Shown here: one piece after another, positions 1 to 9,584 of the stretch
How the letters are laid out: each line of letters opens with the position of its first letter
Position numbering within the stretch: the stretch's first letter is position 1
DNA from: an uncultured Nitrospiraceae bacterium
Lineage (GTDB): Bacteria > Nitrospirota > Nitrospiria > Nitrospirales > Nitrospiraceae
Direction: 5' to 3'
Assembly: GCA_963706325.1 (NCBI GenBank)
Contig: CAVPLT010000001.1
Location: 352,001-416,000, forward strand
Length of the DNA stretch: 64,000 nucleotides
Position numbers and translations under genes: made by a program
The notes under the pieces: generated by a model
Seen by the model: the letters and a program-made list of their open reading frames with translations, nothing else
Told to the model about the DNA's origin: nothing
Database searches by the model: none

Positions 1-168
1 GAGATGGTGGAAGCCGTCCGCCGCATCGGCGAGATCGATCGAGGTCGATGCCGCAGGACCTTCGAAGACCGCTTCACCGCTCAGCGCATGACCAAAGATT
101 ATGTGCAACTGTATGAGAACATGGTTCAGGAAGCGGCGGTAAAAACACTCGCCGGCTCGAACGAGTGA
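1..168 (+). CDS. 3' end of a GT4-type glycosyltransferase (partial, runs off the window)
   Basis: Frame 1 reads EMVEAVRRIGEIDRGRCRRTFEDRFTAQRMTKDYVQLYE...NE*, the typical C-terminal helix of GT-B/GT4 enzymes; TGA at 166-168. Confidence 0.7.
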   Translation, partial: EMVEAVRRIGEIDRGRCRRTFEDRFTAQRMTKDYVQLYENMVQEAAVKTLAGSNE

Positions 169-553
169 TGCTGATCCTGATCAGGGAGACGGCCGAGGAA
201 GCCAGTAGCACAGCGGCGGATCTGGTCGGTCGGGCGATCAGGAAGAATCCGGCCCTGAGGCCGGCCTTGCCGCGGGTAAAACGCCGATCGGACTGTACCG
301 GAAGCTGGTCGAACTGCATCAGACTGACGATCTCGATTTCTCCGCCGTTCACCTCTTCAGCCACGATGACTTGGTTGGGCTGCCGAGTCACAGCCCGAAC
401 AGTTACGGTGCCTTCTTTCGCCGGCATCTTATTGACCATATCCCCTTCGAGCCAGCCCACTTCCATTTCTTGAGGGGTGAGACCAAGGAGAACTCTTTGT
501 CGTTTTTACATGCGAAATGCAGAGCGGCCACCGCCGGGCAAAGGGACTACTTG

Positions 554-1048
554 CTATGTTTGTGAGCCGCGGTGTGCCGCCTCGATTGTCGCGATGTCGA
601 TCTTTTTCATGTGCATCATCGCATCAAAGGCGCGCTTGGCGGCGGCGGGATTGGGATCGGTCCACGCTTTCATCAGGGCCACCGGCGTAATCTGCCATGA
701 CACCCCCCATTTGTCTCGGCACCAGCCGCACTCACTCTCTTCGCCGCCGTTGCCGACGATCGCGGTCCAGTACCGATCGGTTTCGGCCTGGTCCTCTGTG
801 GCGACCTGAAACGAGAAGGCTTCATTGTGCTTGAACTCCGGACCGCCATTGAGCCCGAGGCAGGGGATTCCCATTACACTAAACTCGACGGTCAGCACAT
901 CCCCCTTTTTGCCAGACGGATAGTTTCCCGGTGCCGTATGCACCGCACCCACAGAGGAATTGGGAAAGGTCTTCGCGTAAAACCGCGCCGCGTCCTCGGC
1001 GTCGCCATCATACCAAAGGCAAATCGTGTTCTTGGCTGGCTTGGACAT
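554..1048 (-). CDS. VOC/PhnB-family protein (3-demethylubiquinone-9 3-methyltransferase-like)
   Basis: Motifs ICLWYDGDAEDAARFY, LNGGPEFKHNEAFSFQV, ECGWCRDKWGVSWQI; GGAGGAG SD upstream. Confidence 0.9.
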   Translation of the reverse strand: MSKPAKNTICLWYDGDAEDAARFYAKTFPNSSVGAVHTAPGNYPSGKKGDVLTVEFSVMGIPCLGLNGGPEFKHNEAFSFQVATEDQAETDRYWTAIVGNGGEESECGWCRDKWGVSWQITPVALMKAWTDPNPAAAKRAFDAMMHMKKIDIATIEAAHRGSQT

Positions 1049-1736
1049 CTCGCTCCTCCATTGTAGTTCTCGATCGAACGTGAATCAGAAGGCAACTCTA
1101 GGGCAGTGACGCCGTTAGGTGCCATGTTCTGCATGTGCGGGAGTTCTGGAAAGGCAGGAACGGCGGACTTATGGTTCCGGAATCTGAGAGGGCTTAACCA
1201 CTACCTCGGTGCATTCCGCCTCGATGAAGGCCGCCGTTGCATCGCGTCTCTCTGAGCGTTTGCTCAACCCCCGTGATTCCTTTATCCCGAAAATCCACAA
1301 TCTCTTTATCTATTACAGATAGGTTCGCAAAGGATTGTCGGCACTTACGGTCTGCCAATGCCCGCAGATGTTGTTTCACGATCGCATGTTGTTTGCTATG
1401 AGCGGCCTCGCGAATCGAGTTCAGCCCGGCCGTGTCGCCCAAGGCCTTCGTAGCCTCCAATAACTCTGATCAAAGACGGCCTTCAATTGTTCGACACTGT
1501 GAGCTCGCGCAGGAGGCGAATTGAACAGCAGGACACCTATGCATACATAGAAAAAGTACTGCGCTCTCATGGGCAAGCCGCCTTTCGTGTCGCGATCGCG
1601 GGCCGAGTATATCGTATTTGGGTTCCTATTGTACCCAACCTCGACGGTCCGGGTCCCGGACGACAGACGGTAACCCTCTCTGGTGGCCTTTCGCCCTCAT
1701 TACCGAGCCGGGCTCTTGAGGGCCGTGGGTCACCGC

Positions 1737-1863
1737 TCTGCATTCCCACGGCGGCACCGGTCGCGGATCAATTCATCCGTCTCTTTCCCTCCCTGCGCCT
1801 GACCGTCCACTCCTAAGCGCGAGTCCTTCAAGTACCCCAAAACCATCAGCCGAAGCCAGCCTT
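1737..1863 (-). pseudogene. Heavily decayed C-terminal relic of a thermonuclease (SNase-like) gene
   Basis: Across frameshifts reads KAGFG*WF..YLKDSRLG..DGQAQGGK..IDPRPVPPWECR, colinear with NAGLAWWFRKYSKDFRLGELERQAREAKRGLW..SPWEWR of the relic at 2961-3461. Confidence 0.55.
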
Positions 1864-1987
1864 CCGCCTTGTAACGCCATGGCCCTCTGCATGGAAGTTT
1901 CCCTCCTAAGGAGTACTGCTTTCCGGTCTATCGCATTCGCGCCCACGGGATAAGCTTTAAGTATCACATGTCACAAGGAGGCGATGC

Positions 1988-2194
1988 ATGAGCTGTCCAC
2001 GATGCGAAGGGTTGATGGTGGGGGATTTGAGCTGTGATCTTGAAGAGACACAAGGAATGTGGGTGACCACGACCCGGTGCATGAATTGCGGCCATGTGAC
2101 AGACGCCACAATCGAGAAGCATCGCATGCAATCGAGCGGACATGGGGGAATGGGGCAACCCCTGCCAGTGATGGCACAGGCTCAGAATGCTTAG
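1988..2194 (+). CDS. Small zinc-ribbon protein (CxxC...CxxC)
   Basis: MSCPRCEGLM...RCMNCGHVTD; AAGGAGG SD upstream. Confidence 0.75.
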   Translation: MSCPRCEGLMVGDLSCDLEETQGMWVTTTRCMNCGHVTDATIEKHRMQSSGHGGMGQPLPVMAQAQNA

Positions 2195-2350
2195 GGCACT
2201 GCAGTGACGAAGGCGTGTTCTGGCTGTGGACACTCTACCAACGCGGTACATCCTCGGTGTCATGACCGGTAGAAGGTTCACTGTTACAGGTAGTGTGTTA
2301 ACTGGCGACCACACGAGATCCCACATCGCCTGTCGCTGAGGAGGACCATC

Positions 2351-2845
2351 ATGTTGCACCGAACTGTGCTCTGTCTCGCGTTGGGCGCCCTCCTGACCGG
2401 AGGACTCGAAGGCTGTACAATGATGAAGAGCGGCTCATCGACGCTGTTACCGAGTAGTGCCTATTTTGCCGCCGATGCAGGGGAATTACCCCTGCTGCAA
2501 GTCATTGCCCAGGCGCAAGACACCCGCCTCAAAAGTTGCTACAAAGGCCCGGCCTGTGAAGAGGCGTACTATACCCGTGGGTTGGTCGCCCTGTTTGAAA
2601 ACCGTGCCGATGCCATTCGACTGTTTCAGGAGCTGCACACGGCAATGCCGAAGAGCCGCTATGACGGCTCCACCATTGGCTGGTTGAACCTCTTACAGGA
2701 TCCGTCGCGGACCTCCAGTTCCACCCAGGCGTTACGGGCCCAGCTGAAGCAGGAAATACTGCGCACGCTCTTAGGGCGCCCCGACCTGAGGACCGCACGA
2801 AGTCTGGACGAACACGACGTGCGTGTTGCAGAGCTCAGCCGGTAG
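2351..2845 (+). CDS. Hypothetical lipoprotein
   Basis: Hydrophobic N-terminus ending LEGC (lipobox-like); GAGGAGGA SD; helical TPR-like segment EAYYTRGLVALF. Confidence 0.7.
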   Translation: MLHRTVLCLALGALLTGGLEGCTMMKSGSSTLLPSSAYFAADAGELPLLQVIAQAQDTRLKSCYKGPACEEAYYTRGLVALFENRADAIRLFQELHTAMPKSRYDGSTIGWLNLLQDPSRTSSSTQALRAQLKQEILRTLLGRPDLRTARSLDEHDVRVAELSR

Positions 2846-2960
2846 TCACGTTTCATGGCGCGGGGACATGTGAGGCTTGAGAGTGTGCCGAACGCTGAGG
2901 TTGAAACATGGAGCTGGAAACGCCAAGGATTGGACACACGTCTGCTGACATGACGACGCC

Positions 2961-3461
2961 CTACTGTCTGACGGCTTTCCGCTCTGTGCCGGAGGCATGC
3001 TGTCGCCACTCCCACGGCGAGACTGAGTAAGGAGCGACCCATAGCCCACGCTTCGCTTCCCGTGCCTGCCGTTCCAGCTCCCCCAATCGAAAATCCTTCG
3101 AGTACTTTCGAAACCACCACGCCAAGCCCGCATTGATGAGTTCTTGATTGAGGCTCCGCCCGTCCGGCAAGAGGACTTCCGTCAGGCGCCGGCCATAACG
3201 GTCGCGCCGACCTCCTACACCGTGACATCTTGCCCGAAGGCCAGTTCTGACGTGTATTCGTTCGCTCGTGTGCCGAAGGGCTGGCGCTTCTCAGGGCAAT
3301 CGATGCCTAAGAGGCGAATTTGCACGGCCTTGCCCTCATACATCACGCGAAGGGAGTCGCCACCAATGACGCCCACCACTTTCCCTACAAACTAAGCTTG
3401 GGCTAGGATGGGCCCCCAAGACAAACATCAGTAGCCATGTGAGCGATTTCAAGGACACCAT
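2961..3461 (-). pseudogene. Thermonuclease (SNase-like) pseudogene
   Basis: Signal peptide, then FVGKVVGVIGGDSLRV..IRLLGIDCPEKRQPFG..RDRYGRRL..SLNQELINAGLAWWFRKY..KRGLW. In-frame TAG at 3392-3394 and 3215-3217, frameshifts, and the DGDT motif changed to GGDS. Confidence 0.85.
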
Positions 3462-3542
3462 GCTGGAAGGATTATATAAAGTGTCTCGCACCAGTTGCAT
3501 CTCTCCTTTCGTCCTGGAAAGCGCTTGGTGGAAGGAGGAAGC

Positions 3543-4916
3543 ATGTATTTGCATGCGGTATTCGCCCTAATCGCGCTACTAATCGGATGCGGCGAGCTCG
3601 ATCGTACGAAAGGCAGGGGCAGCGTGCGACCTTATGCGGGCGTCGGGGACCAGAGCGCCGATTATTCCGTTGCTGTGGAAGGGCAAAATGTTGCGGTTAA
3701 TGCGTGGAGTCATGCCGGCAGAATAGCCCACTATGCTCATTTTGAGTTTACTGGAACAGTGACCATTGAAATCACCAATAAGCTCGGGGATTTCGGATCA
3801 GCGAGCATAAGTCCAAAACGGTTTTCCATTTCCCCCACGATTTCCGGAAGCAAGGCCATATTCACCCTGAGCACTCCTAGAAAACTGGTTATCTATGCCG
3901 GCGAAACCAGGCTTTTCATTTTTGCCGAAGGCCCGCAAACAACTCCATCGCAGTCGGACCTGCTCCCCGGCACACTCAACACCGACTACGCGCTAAGCTA
4001 CGCTGGGGAGACAGCCCCCACTTCCACGAGCGGCCCCCTCACGTTTCTTTCAAACCCCCTGAAGGAGGCGAGGATGGTCGGTCGTGGAACCTATCAACGG
4101 GGCGACACCTTTGAGCTCTACAACATGGACAACTTCAGAATGGAAGGCGTGGTTTATCGCCAAACATCCGCAAATGCATGGGCAATGATACCGCGATACC
4201 TTACAAACTCGGTTCTTTCAAACGTCAAGATACTGTCCCAGTTCGGCACCATGAACACTGACGGCATCGATGTGGATAACAGCCACCATCTGTTGATTGA
4301 AGATGTCTTCGTCTTCTCCGGAGACGACTCCATTTGTCTGAAAGGGATGCCGTTTCGTTTCCCCTATGGCCCTGCGCCGACCTACGGCGTTCCTCAGCCG
4401 GCCGTGCCTGTTCATGACATCACCGTTCGCAATGCCGTGCTTCTTTCGACTTGGAATGCCATGCAGTTCGGCCCTGAGGACGCCTCTGATATTTACAACG
4501 TTTCATTTGAAAACATCGATGTCCTCGAAGCTTACTCGGGCATTTCGGTTTCGCCGGTGACGAGCCTGCAGAATATTCACTACAACAACGTCAGAATCGA
4601 GAGTACATGGTCACAATTATTCATGAACATTGAGCATGAAAATACCACCAAGCAAGGGACCATGTATGTGGACAATCTGATCGTTGACCAACCTAAAGGG
4701 ATTTCCATCACCAGCTACCCCCAGAGGCTGGACATCTATTTCACCAATCTCACGGTCGCAGGCAGGCCTATCGCCAGTCTGGATGATTTGCGGCAAGTTG
4801 CAGGGAGCGGGAACGTCATTGTGAGTGGAGATGTCGAACTCCATTTTGAGAACAATCTTCCGCCGTTACCCGTTGCCGATACAACCCTATCCGCCGCCCC
4901 GAATGGAAGCGATTAA
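3543..4916 (+). CDS. Secreted/lipoprotein beta-helix glycoside hydrolase, GH28-like
   Basis: Lipobox-like LLIGC; NTDGIDV and SGDDSICLK motifs; repeated beta-helix turns (NVKIL, DVFVF, NVSFENIDV); AAGGAGGA SD before ATG 3543. Confidence 0.75.
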   Translation: MYLHAVFALIALLIGCGELDRTKGRGSVRPYAGVGDQSADYSVAVEGQNVAVNAWSHAGRIAHYAHFEFTGTVTIEITNKLGDFGSASISPKRFSISPTISGSKAIFTLSTPRKLVIYAGETRLFIFAEGPQTTPSQSDLLPGTLNTDYALSYAGETAPTSTSGPLTFLSNPLKEARMVGRGTYQRGDTFELYNMDNFRMEGVVYRQTSANAWAMIPRYLTNSVLSNVKILSQFGTMNTDGIDVDNSHHLLIEDVFVFSGDDSICLKGMPFRFPYGPAPTYGVPQPAVPVHDITVRNAVLLSTWNAMQFGPEDASDIYNVSFENIDVLEAYSGISVSPVTSLQNIHYNNVRIESTWSQLFMNIEHENTTKQGTMYVDNLIVDQPKGISITSYPQRLDIYFTNLTVAGRPIASLDDLRQVAGSGNVIVSGDVELHFENNLPPLPVADTTLSAAPNGSD

Positions 4917-5369
4917 CAGGGATGAATGTAAATCACGTGCGTAAAAAAAGGCAGGCCGATGAAACCGGACAACTCAGTGACGCCAGAAGTTGATGGCGTC
5001 TGCTCCCTCATCTCTCTCCCGCCGAAAGGAGCGTGGGAATTAACTCCACTAGTTGCTCCGTGAGGAGCCGCACGGCCTCTGCCACTCGCCTCTGCTTACA
5101 GTTTTCAGGCGGGAAGGGCGAGACCACGTGGGATTACTGTTCAAACTATCGATCCAGGCCGCTTCATTTCCGGGCGGTCATCCATCCAAGGCAACGGTGT
5201 CTAGCACAGAGCTACTGGGGCCAACGCAGTGAGAAGAAAAAGCCAACAATCTTCCCTCAGCGGAAAGGCCCATGACTTGAGCTCGCGCTCGGGTCAGGAC
5301 CGCAGAAGTGCGACTAAGAGGCACACAGTCACATACTGATAGGGCCACATGACTCACCGGCCGTGCGGA

Positions 5370-6353
5370 CTAATGGAGTTGCTCCAGAGTCATACGCGAT
5401 TTCTGCGCATGGAGGACCGTTGTCCGATGTGGGCGCCCCTTGGGGCGATACAGTGCGTTGGGATGGCCTACAATCTGAACCGTGGCAAACCCTAGGCGTT
5501 TCAGCATCTGCTCCAGGCATACCTTGTTCGGATACCACCAGGTGCGCCAGTCGAGTGTGGGCGTGGCACCTCCAGCATATACCATACTAGGTCGGGCATG
5601 ATCGTCCTCATCCGCCAGGTGCTCGGTGATGACAAAGGTGCCTCGGCAGAAGGGAGCTAATACGGCGAGCACCTTGAGCGGGGCGAAGGTATGTAACAAG
5701 ACGTCGCCGAGAAAGATCAGGTCAAATGGCTCCGCCCCTAATTTCTGAGTGGTTAACTCATACACCGTGGAGTACACGCGTTGAACCTGAGACTGTAGAA
5801 GCTTGTGGCACAGTTGAAAGGGTCCGTCCAAGTGATAGTGATACACGGCGTCCACAGTGTTGACGCGATGCTGCTCCATTAAGCCTTTTAGGGTGCGATC
5901 TCGATCTTCACCAGTTGGCATATCCCAGTCAGTGATGGCGGGCAGCTCAACAGAGACGACGCGGGCCCCGCGTCTTTCAAATTCGAACGCAAAAAAGCCT
6001 GTTGCAGACCCGACGTCCAAGACGTTCATGCCCTTCATGGACACTGGGAAGTGGTAGGCCGCCAAGCTCGCTCGATAATCGAAATCACCAGGAGTAACTA
6101 GGCCGTTGCCCAAGTCGATGGTGTGGTACCAGTAATACTTCTCGATATCGTCATGGCCCAAGCCACGGGCCTTTTGGTGGAAGTCCCGCAGATTCTGCTC
6201 ATAGTCCCGTACGTGCTGCTGGCTCACGCGGTCACAACTCGGGTCAGGCGCTGAGCTGGTACGGTTTTTCTGTACCGCACTCCCGAGCGTATCCCACAAA
6301 CCCGTGAAGCCCTTGTCTGCAATAACTCGTGCGATCTTTTGGTGAAGCAGCAT
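5370..6353 (-). CDS. Class I SAM-dependent methyltransferase (CmoB/DUF1698-like)
   Basis: WYHTIDLGNGLVTPG, motif I VLDVGSATGFFAFEFERRGA, FDLIFLGDVLLH, WWYPN; AGGAGAG SD. Confidence 0.85.
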   Translation of the reverse strand: MLLHQKIARVIADKGFTGLWDTLGSAVQKNRTSSAPDPSCDRVSQQHVRDYEQNLRDFHQKARGLGHDDIEKYYWYHTIDLGNGLVTPGDFDYRASLAAYHFPVSMKGMNVLDVGSATGFFAFEFERRGARVVSVELPAITDWDMPTGEDRDRTLKGLMEQHRVNTVDAVYHYHLDGPFQLCHKLLQSQVQRVYSTVYELTTQKLGAEPFDLIFLGDVLLHTFAPLKVLAVLAPFCRGTFVITEHLADEDDHARPSMVYAGGATPTLDWRTWWYPNKVCLEQMLKRLGFATVQIVGHPNALYRPKGRPHRTTVLHAQKSRMTLEQLH

Positions 6354-7010
6354 AAACTCTCCTATATGCGACCATTCCAGGGGGCCGAAGCGCTCTGGAG
6401 GGGCTCAACCGGAAGGCGCGAGGTGTATGGATAAGCATACACTAACTTTTTGGCGTTAGAATCGCAATGAGGAAAGTGTTGGCACCCACCAGCTCATCGC
6501 CCAGAGGGCCTCTCCGGGGGAACCCCCCTTTAACCCTGTCCGCGAGTGGTCGCCGCTGTCTGCAGGTTGTCAGCATCTGGGAACCGATACACCGCGAAGG
6601 CAGCGACCGCCACGCCGAAGAAGAACCCAACGCCTATCGGCCACATCACGCCTTTCATGGGATCGTCGGATGTCGTGATCACAGATAGGGAGCGGGTCGT
6701 CGTCATAATTCGTAGCCGGCCGCCAGCCACGGATCGGACGGTGTTGGGTTTTCAACACGCGAAGGCCGCTAGGGGCTCCTTATCGGTCGTTTATGTCGCC
6801 TAGGTTGTTCAGCAGAATGTGAGGAAGAAGACTCGATTAGGCCGCGCCATGATTCGCCGAGTTCTTTCGCTTAATTCGTTTATTTCGTAAAGGGAAGCGG
6901 TACCGGCGGCCGGGGGATCCGGGCTGGGTAGGGTTCTATCTCGCGAAGGCCGGGGAAGGGGTAGTTCCGTGGAATCTCCCCTATCCCAGCACCTCCATGT
7001 CGAGACACTC

Positions 7011-7090
7011 TGTCGGATATGTCGGGTTCGTTGGAGGAGAGATTGTCCGACATTTGACTCATAGAGCGGCTTCTGTCGGGTTTGTCGGGT
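7011..7090. repeat. Cluster of TGTCGG hexamers in 9-bp-spaced pairs (iteron-like)
   Basis: TGTCGG at 7011, 7020, 7074 and 7083, plus an inverted copy (CCGACA) at 7047-7052. Confidence 0.6.
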
Positions 7091-8064
7091 CCTCGCTAGT
7101 ATGAATCGGCCGAAATTCAATGAAGCCTGGCCATGGAGATGTGTGTAGCTAGCGCATGGGTACCCTAAAGGCCAGGGTGGCCTGCCGACGAAGGCGGAGG
7201 GGTGTTCCTGCCAGGAAGGCAGCAAATCATCTCAGAGGGCAGAATATGTTGACCTTCGAGCCTGCTACGACCGACCCCGAAGACACGGACAACCCACGGA
7301 CAGTGCCTTAGACTCTTCAAGAGAGACAATGCCTTACGAACGCCCGTTGGGTTCATACCCCAACGGTATTCTTCCATCAGTTCTTGCCCAAGACCACGTT
7401 AGTGTTTCATTAGCAGGAAAGGAGTACGTAGAGACAAATCCATGGAAAATAAAGACTTGAAATTAGATGAATGTCGAAGGGGGACTTCGGCAACTGCTAA
7501 CCTCCCCAAATTTCGGGCAGCGCGAATTTGCGCGACGCGGGCGCAAAGGAAGGGTGCCCGTGGAGGTGGCCTCAGAGCGGCTGGGGCCTAAGCGAATTTA
7601 AATCTTGCTGAAGTGCACGCTGCTGCCTCGATGCAGCAGGAGGCCGCGGCGAAAATAGGAAAGTTACTGCACGGACAACACTGGGAAGGGATCGTGCTTG
7701 ATAGCCAATCGCGAATAAGATGGAGGTGGAAGACCGAAACAGGACTCCCTATTAGCGGGTCCGCAAAAGAAGAGCCAACCGGAGAGAACGTGCTGGCATT
7801 TAGCCTCATTTAGACTATGGCTATGTCTTTAAACCAGACGAGTATTGAACTTATGGTTTTCGACGAGGAGCATGGACATGAACTCCAGGGGTCCAATGGC
7901 TGGCTATGCACAATTCGCTACCCCCTAGTTAGTTGTGGTCTGGTCGATGCTGGTACCTACAGAACTCCTTATTAACGTCTGAAATTTCTCCTCGAATTTA
8001 TCACGAACTCGCTCCTAGGGGCTTGCCTACTACTATCGACTCTCTAGTCACATCACTATAGTGA

Positions 8065-8400
8065 ATGACTGAATTACAAAAATTACCGCTTGTTTCCCTG
8101 GCCGAGGTGCAGGCCAGTTCCGAAGCCGAGGGACATCCCATTCTCCTGGCATTTGACGACGGTACGGGGCCAGGGGGGACGTACTGGAAGGCTGGTGATC
8201 CGGGGGAGTAGACGATTACCGTGACGTTCCGCGAGCCCTTCACACTTGTCCAGGTCACCATGGAAGTGGAAGAACGAGAGGGTTGCACGCACTCAGGAAG
8301 TGCAGCTCTCCTCGTCGGCGGATGGAGGACAGACGTATCGCGAACTCGTTCGTCAGGAATTCAATTTTAGCCCGGATGGGGCAACGTGGGAGAAAGAAAC
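8065..8400 (+). pseudogene. Discoidin/F5-8 type C-like carbohydrate-binding protein pseudogene, truncated at the junction with the integrase
   Basis: MTELQKLPLVSLAEVQASSEAEGHPILLAFD..YWKAGDPGE*TITVTF..(frameshift ~8281)..VARTQEVQLSSSADGGQTYRELVRQEFNFSPDGATWEKE; in-frame TAG at 8209-8211. Confidence 0.7.
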
Positions 8401-9453
8401 AAACGAGGAAGCGAGGATCACTCTACCCTGGCGGATTACACCAAGATCCTCAATCGTGACATCGTCCCCTCGTTACGAGGTCTCGACCTGCAGGACATCA
8501 CCCGCGAGAAGGTCAAAGCCCTGGCCCTGGCTGGCCTCCAAAAAGGACAATCGGCCAAAACCGTACAGAACATCGTCCGATGCCTCAGCAGCCTCCTGAG
8601 TCATGCTGTTGAGGATGGACATGTGACGGCGAACACTGCTCTCAAGTCAGGAAAGTTTCTGCCGAAGGTCGGCAAGCGTCACCATATCGCCCCTCTCACA
8701 CGGGAAGAGGTCGCCCTGCTGATCGAGACCGCCAAGGCGAAACTTCCCCGCTACTATCCCTTATTCCTGTGTGCGGTCCGGACCGGCTTACGCATGGGCG
8801 AGCTGCTAGCGCTCCAGTGGGGTGATATCGACTGGCAAGGCCGGTTCATTGAGGTGCAGCGCAATTTCACACACTGGAAGCTAACGACCCCAAAGAGTGG
8901 CGAGAGTCGTCGCGTCGATATGTCGCGAGAGCTGGGCCAAACATTGAAGGATTTACGGACCGAGCAACAGATCGAAGCCGCGGCGCGTGGATGGAAGGAT
9001 CTTCCACCGTGGGTCTTCTGTAGCGAAGTGGGCGGGCTCCTCCACCCACACAATCTACGGGACCGCGTGTTTTATGGATTGCTGACCAAAGCTGGGCTTA
9101 GGAAGGTCCGGTTTCATGATTTGCGGCACACCTTCGCCTCCCTGCTGCTCCAGCAAGGTGAGAGCCTCGTGTATGTGAAGGAACAAATGGGGCACTCGTC
9201 GATTCAGGTGACCGTGGATCTCTACGGGCATCTGATTCCGGGCGGGAATAAACAGGCGGTGGATCGACTCGATACGCCGATGGAAACGAGCCGCTTTGAG
9301 GGCTATTCCGCAACCCCGGCGCAACCAGCCCCACCCGTGATGAGGCCTACGTCGTCAGATTCTGTGGAGTATTCAGTAGTTACGGGGAGAGGGCGTGGGG
9401 TGAGTGACGGGTTTCGAACCCGCGACCTCCGGATCCACAATCCGGCGCTCTAA
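8386..9453 (+). CDS. Tyrosine recombinase/phage integrase, 5'-truncated
   Basis: Catalytic set present: RTGLRMGE (R), TPKSG (K), FHDLRH (HxxR), MGH (H), DLYGH (Y). No N-terminal arm-binding region and no credible start/SD; the C-terminus overlaps tRNA-His antisense. Confidence 0.9.
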   Translation: MGERNKRGSEDHSTLADYTKILNRDIVPSLRGLDLQDITREKVKALALAGLQKGQSAKTVQNIVRCLSSLLSHAVEDGHVTANTALKSGKFLPKVGKRHHIAPLTREEVALLIETAKAKLPRYYPLFLCAVRTGLRMGELLALQWGDIDWQGRFIEVQRNFTHWKLTTPKSGESRRVDMSRELGQTLKDLRTEQQIEAAARGWKDLPPWVFCSEVGGLLHPHNLRDRVFYGLLTKAGLRKVRFHDLRHTFASLLLQQGESLVYVKEQMGHSSIQVTVDLYGHLIPGGNKQAVDRLDTPMETSRFEGYSATPAQPAPPVMRPTSSDSVEYSVVTGRGRGVSDGFRTRDLRIHNPAL

Positions 9454-9473
9454 CCAACTGAGCTACACCCACC
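9396..9473 (-). tRNA. tRNA-His (GTG) with G-1 and encoded CCA
   Basis: Reverse complement GGTGGGTGTAGCTCAGTTGGTTAGAGCGCCGGATTGTGGATCCGGAGGTCGCGGGTTCGAAACCCGTCACTCACCCCA folds to a full cloverleaf. Confidence 0.98.
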
Positions 9474-9584
9474 ACGCAAGGGCGCACAGCGAACGCGCAT
9501 CTTAACAAACCGCGAAGAACAGTCGCAACCACCTTGCGGCCAACCGGACTGATGCCGGCCGAGCGCTGTACCGAGATGGTCGCG

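Larger units (their letters stand above)
1100..9400. mobile_element. Decayed integrative element/genomic island at tRNA-His (left border uncertain)
   Basis: Integrase abutting the tRNA 3' end, several pseudogenes, long low-coding and more AT-rich stretches, accessory cargo; no clear second att copy found. Confidence 0.6.

Noticed and set aside
74..473. Overlapping ORFs 74-466 (-) and 165-473 (+)
   Set aside because: No recognisable motifs; the minus ORF overlaps the glycosyltransferase end; neither can be supported.
474..481. GGGGTGAG matching the tRNA-His 3' end as a possible second att site
   Set aside because: Only 8 bp match and flanks diverge; expected by chance.
6442..7813. Short ORFs in the island interior (e.g. 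6530-6730, 6809-7225, 7613-7813); also 1194-1460
   Set aside because: No family motifs or convincing starts; possibly eroded genes but unidentifiable by eye.
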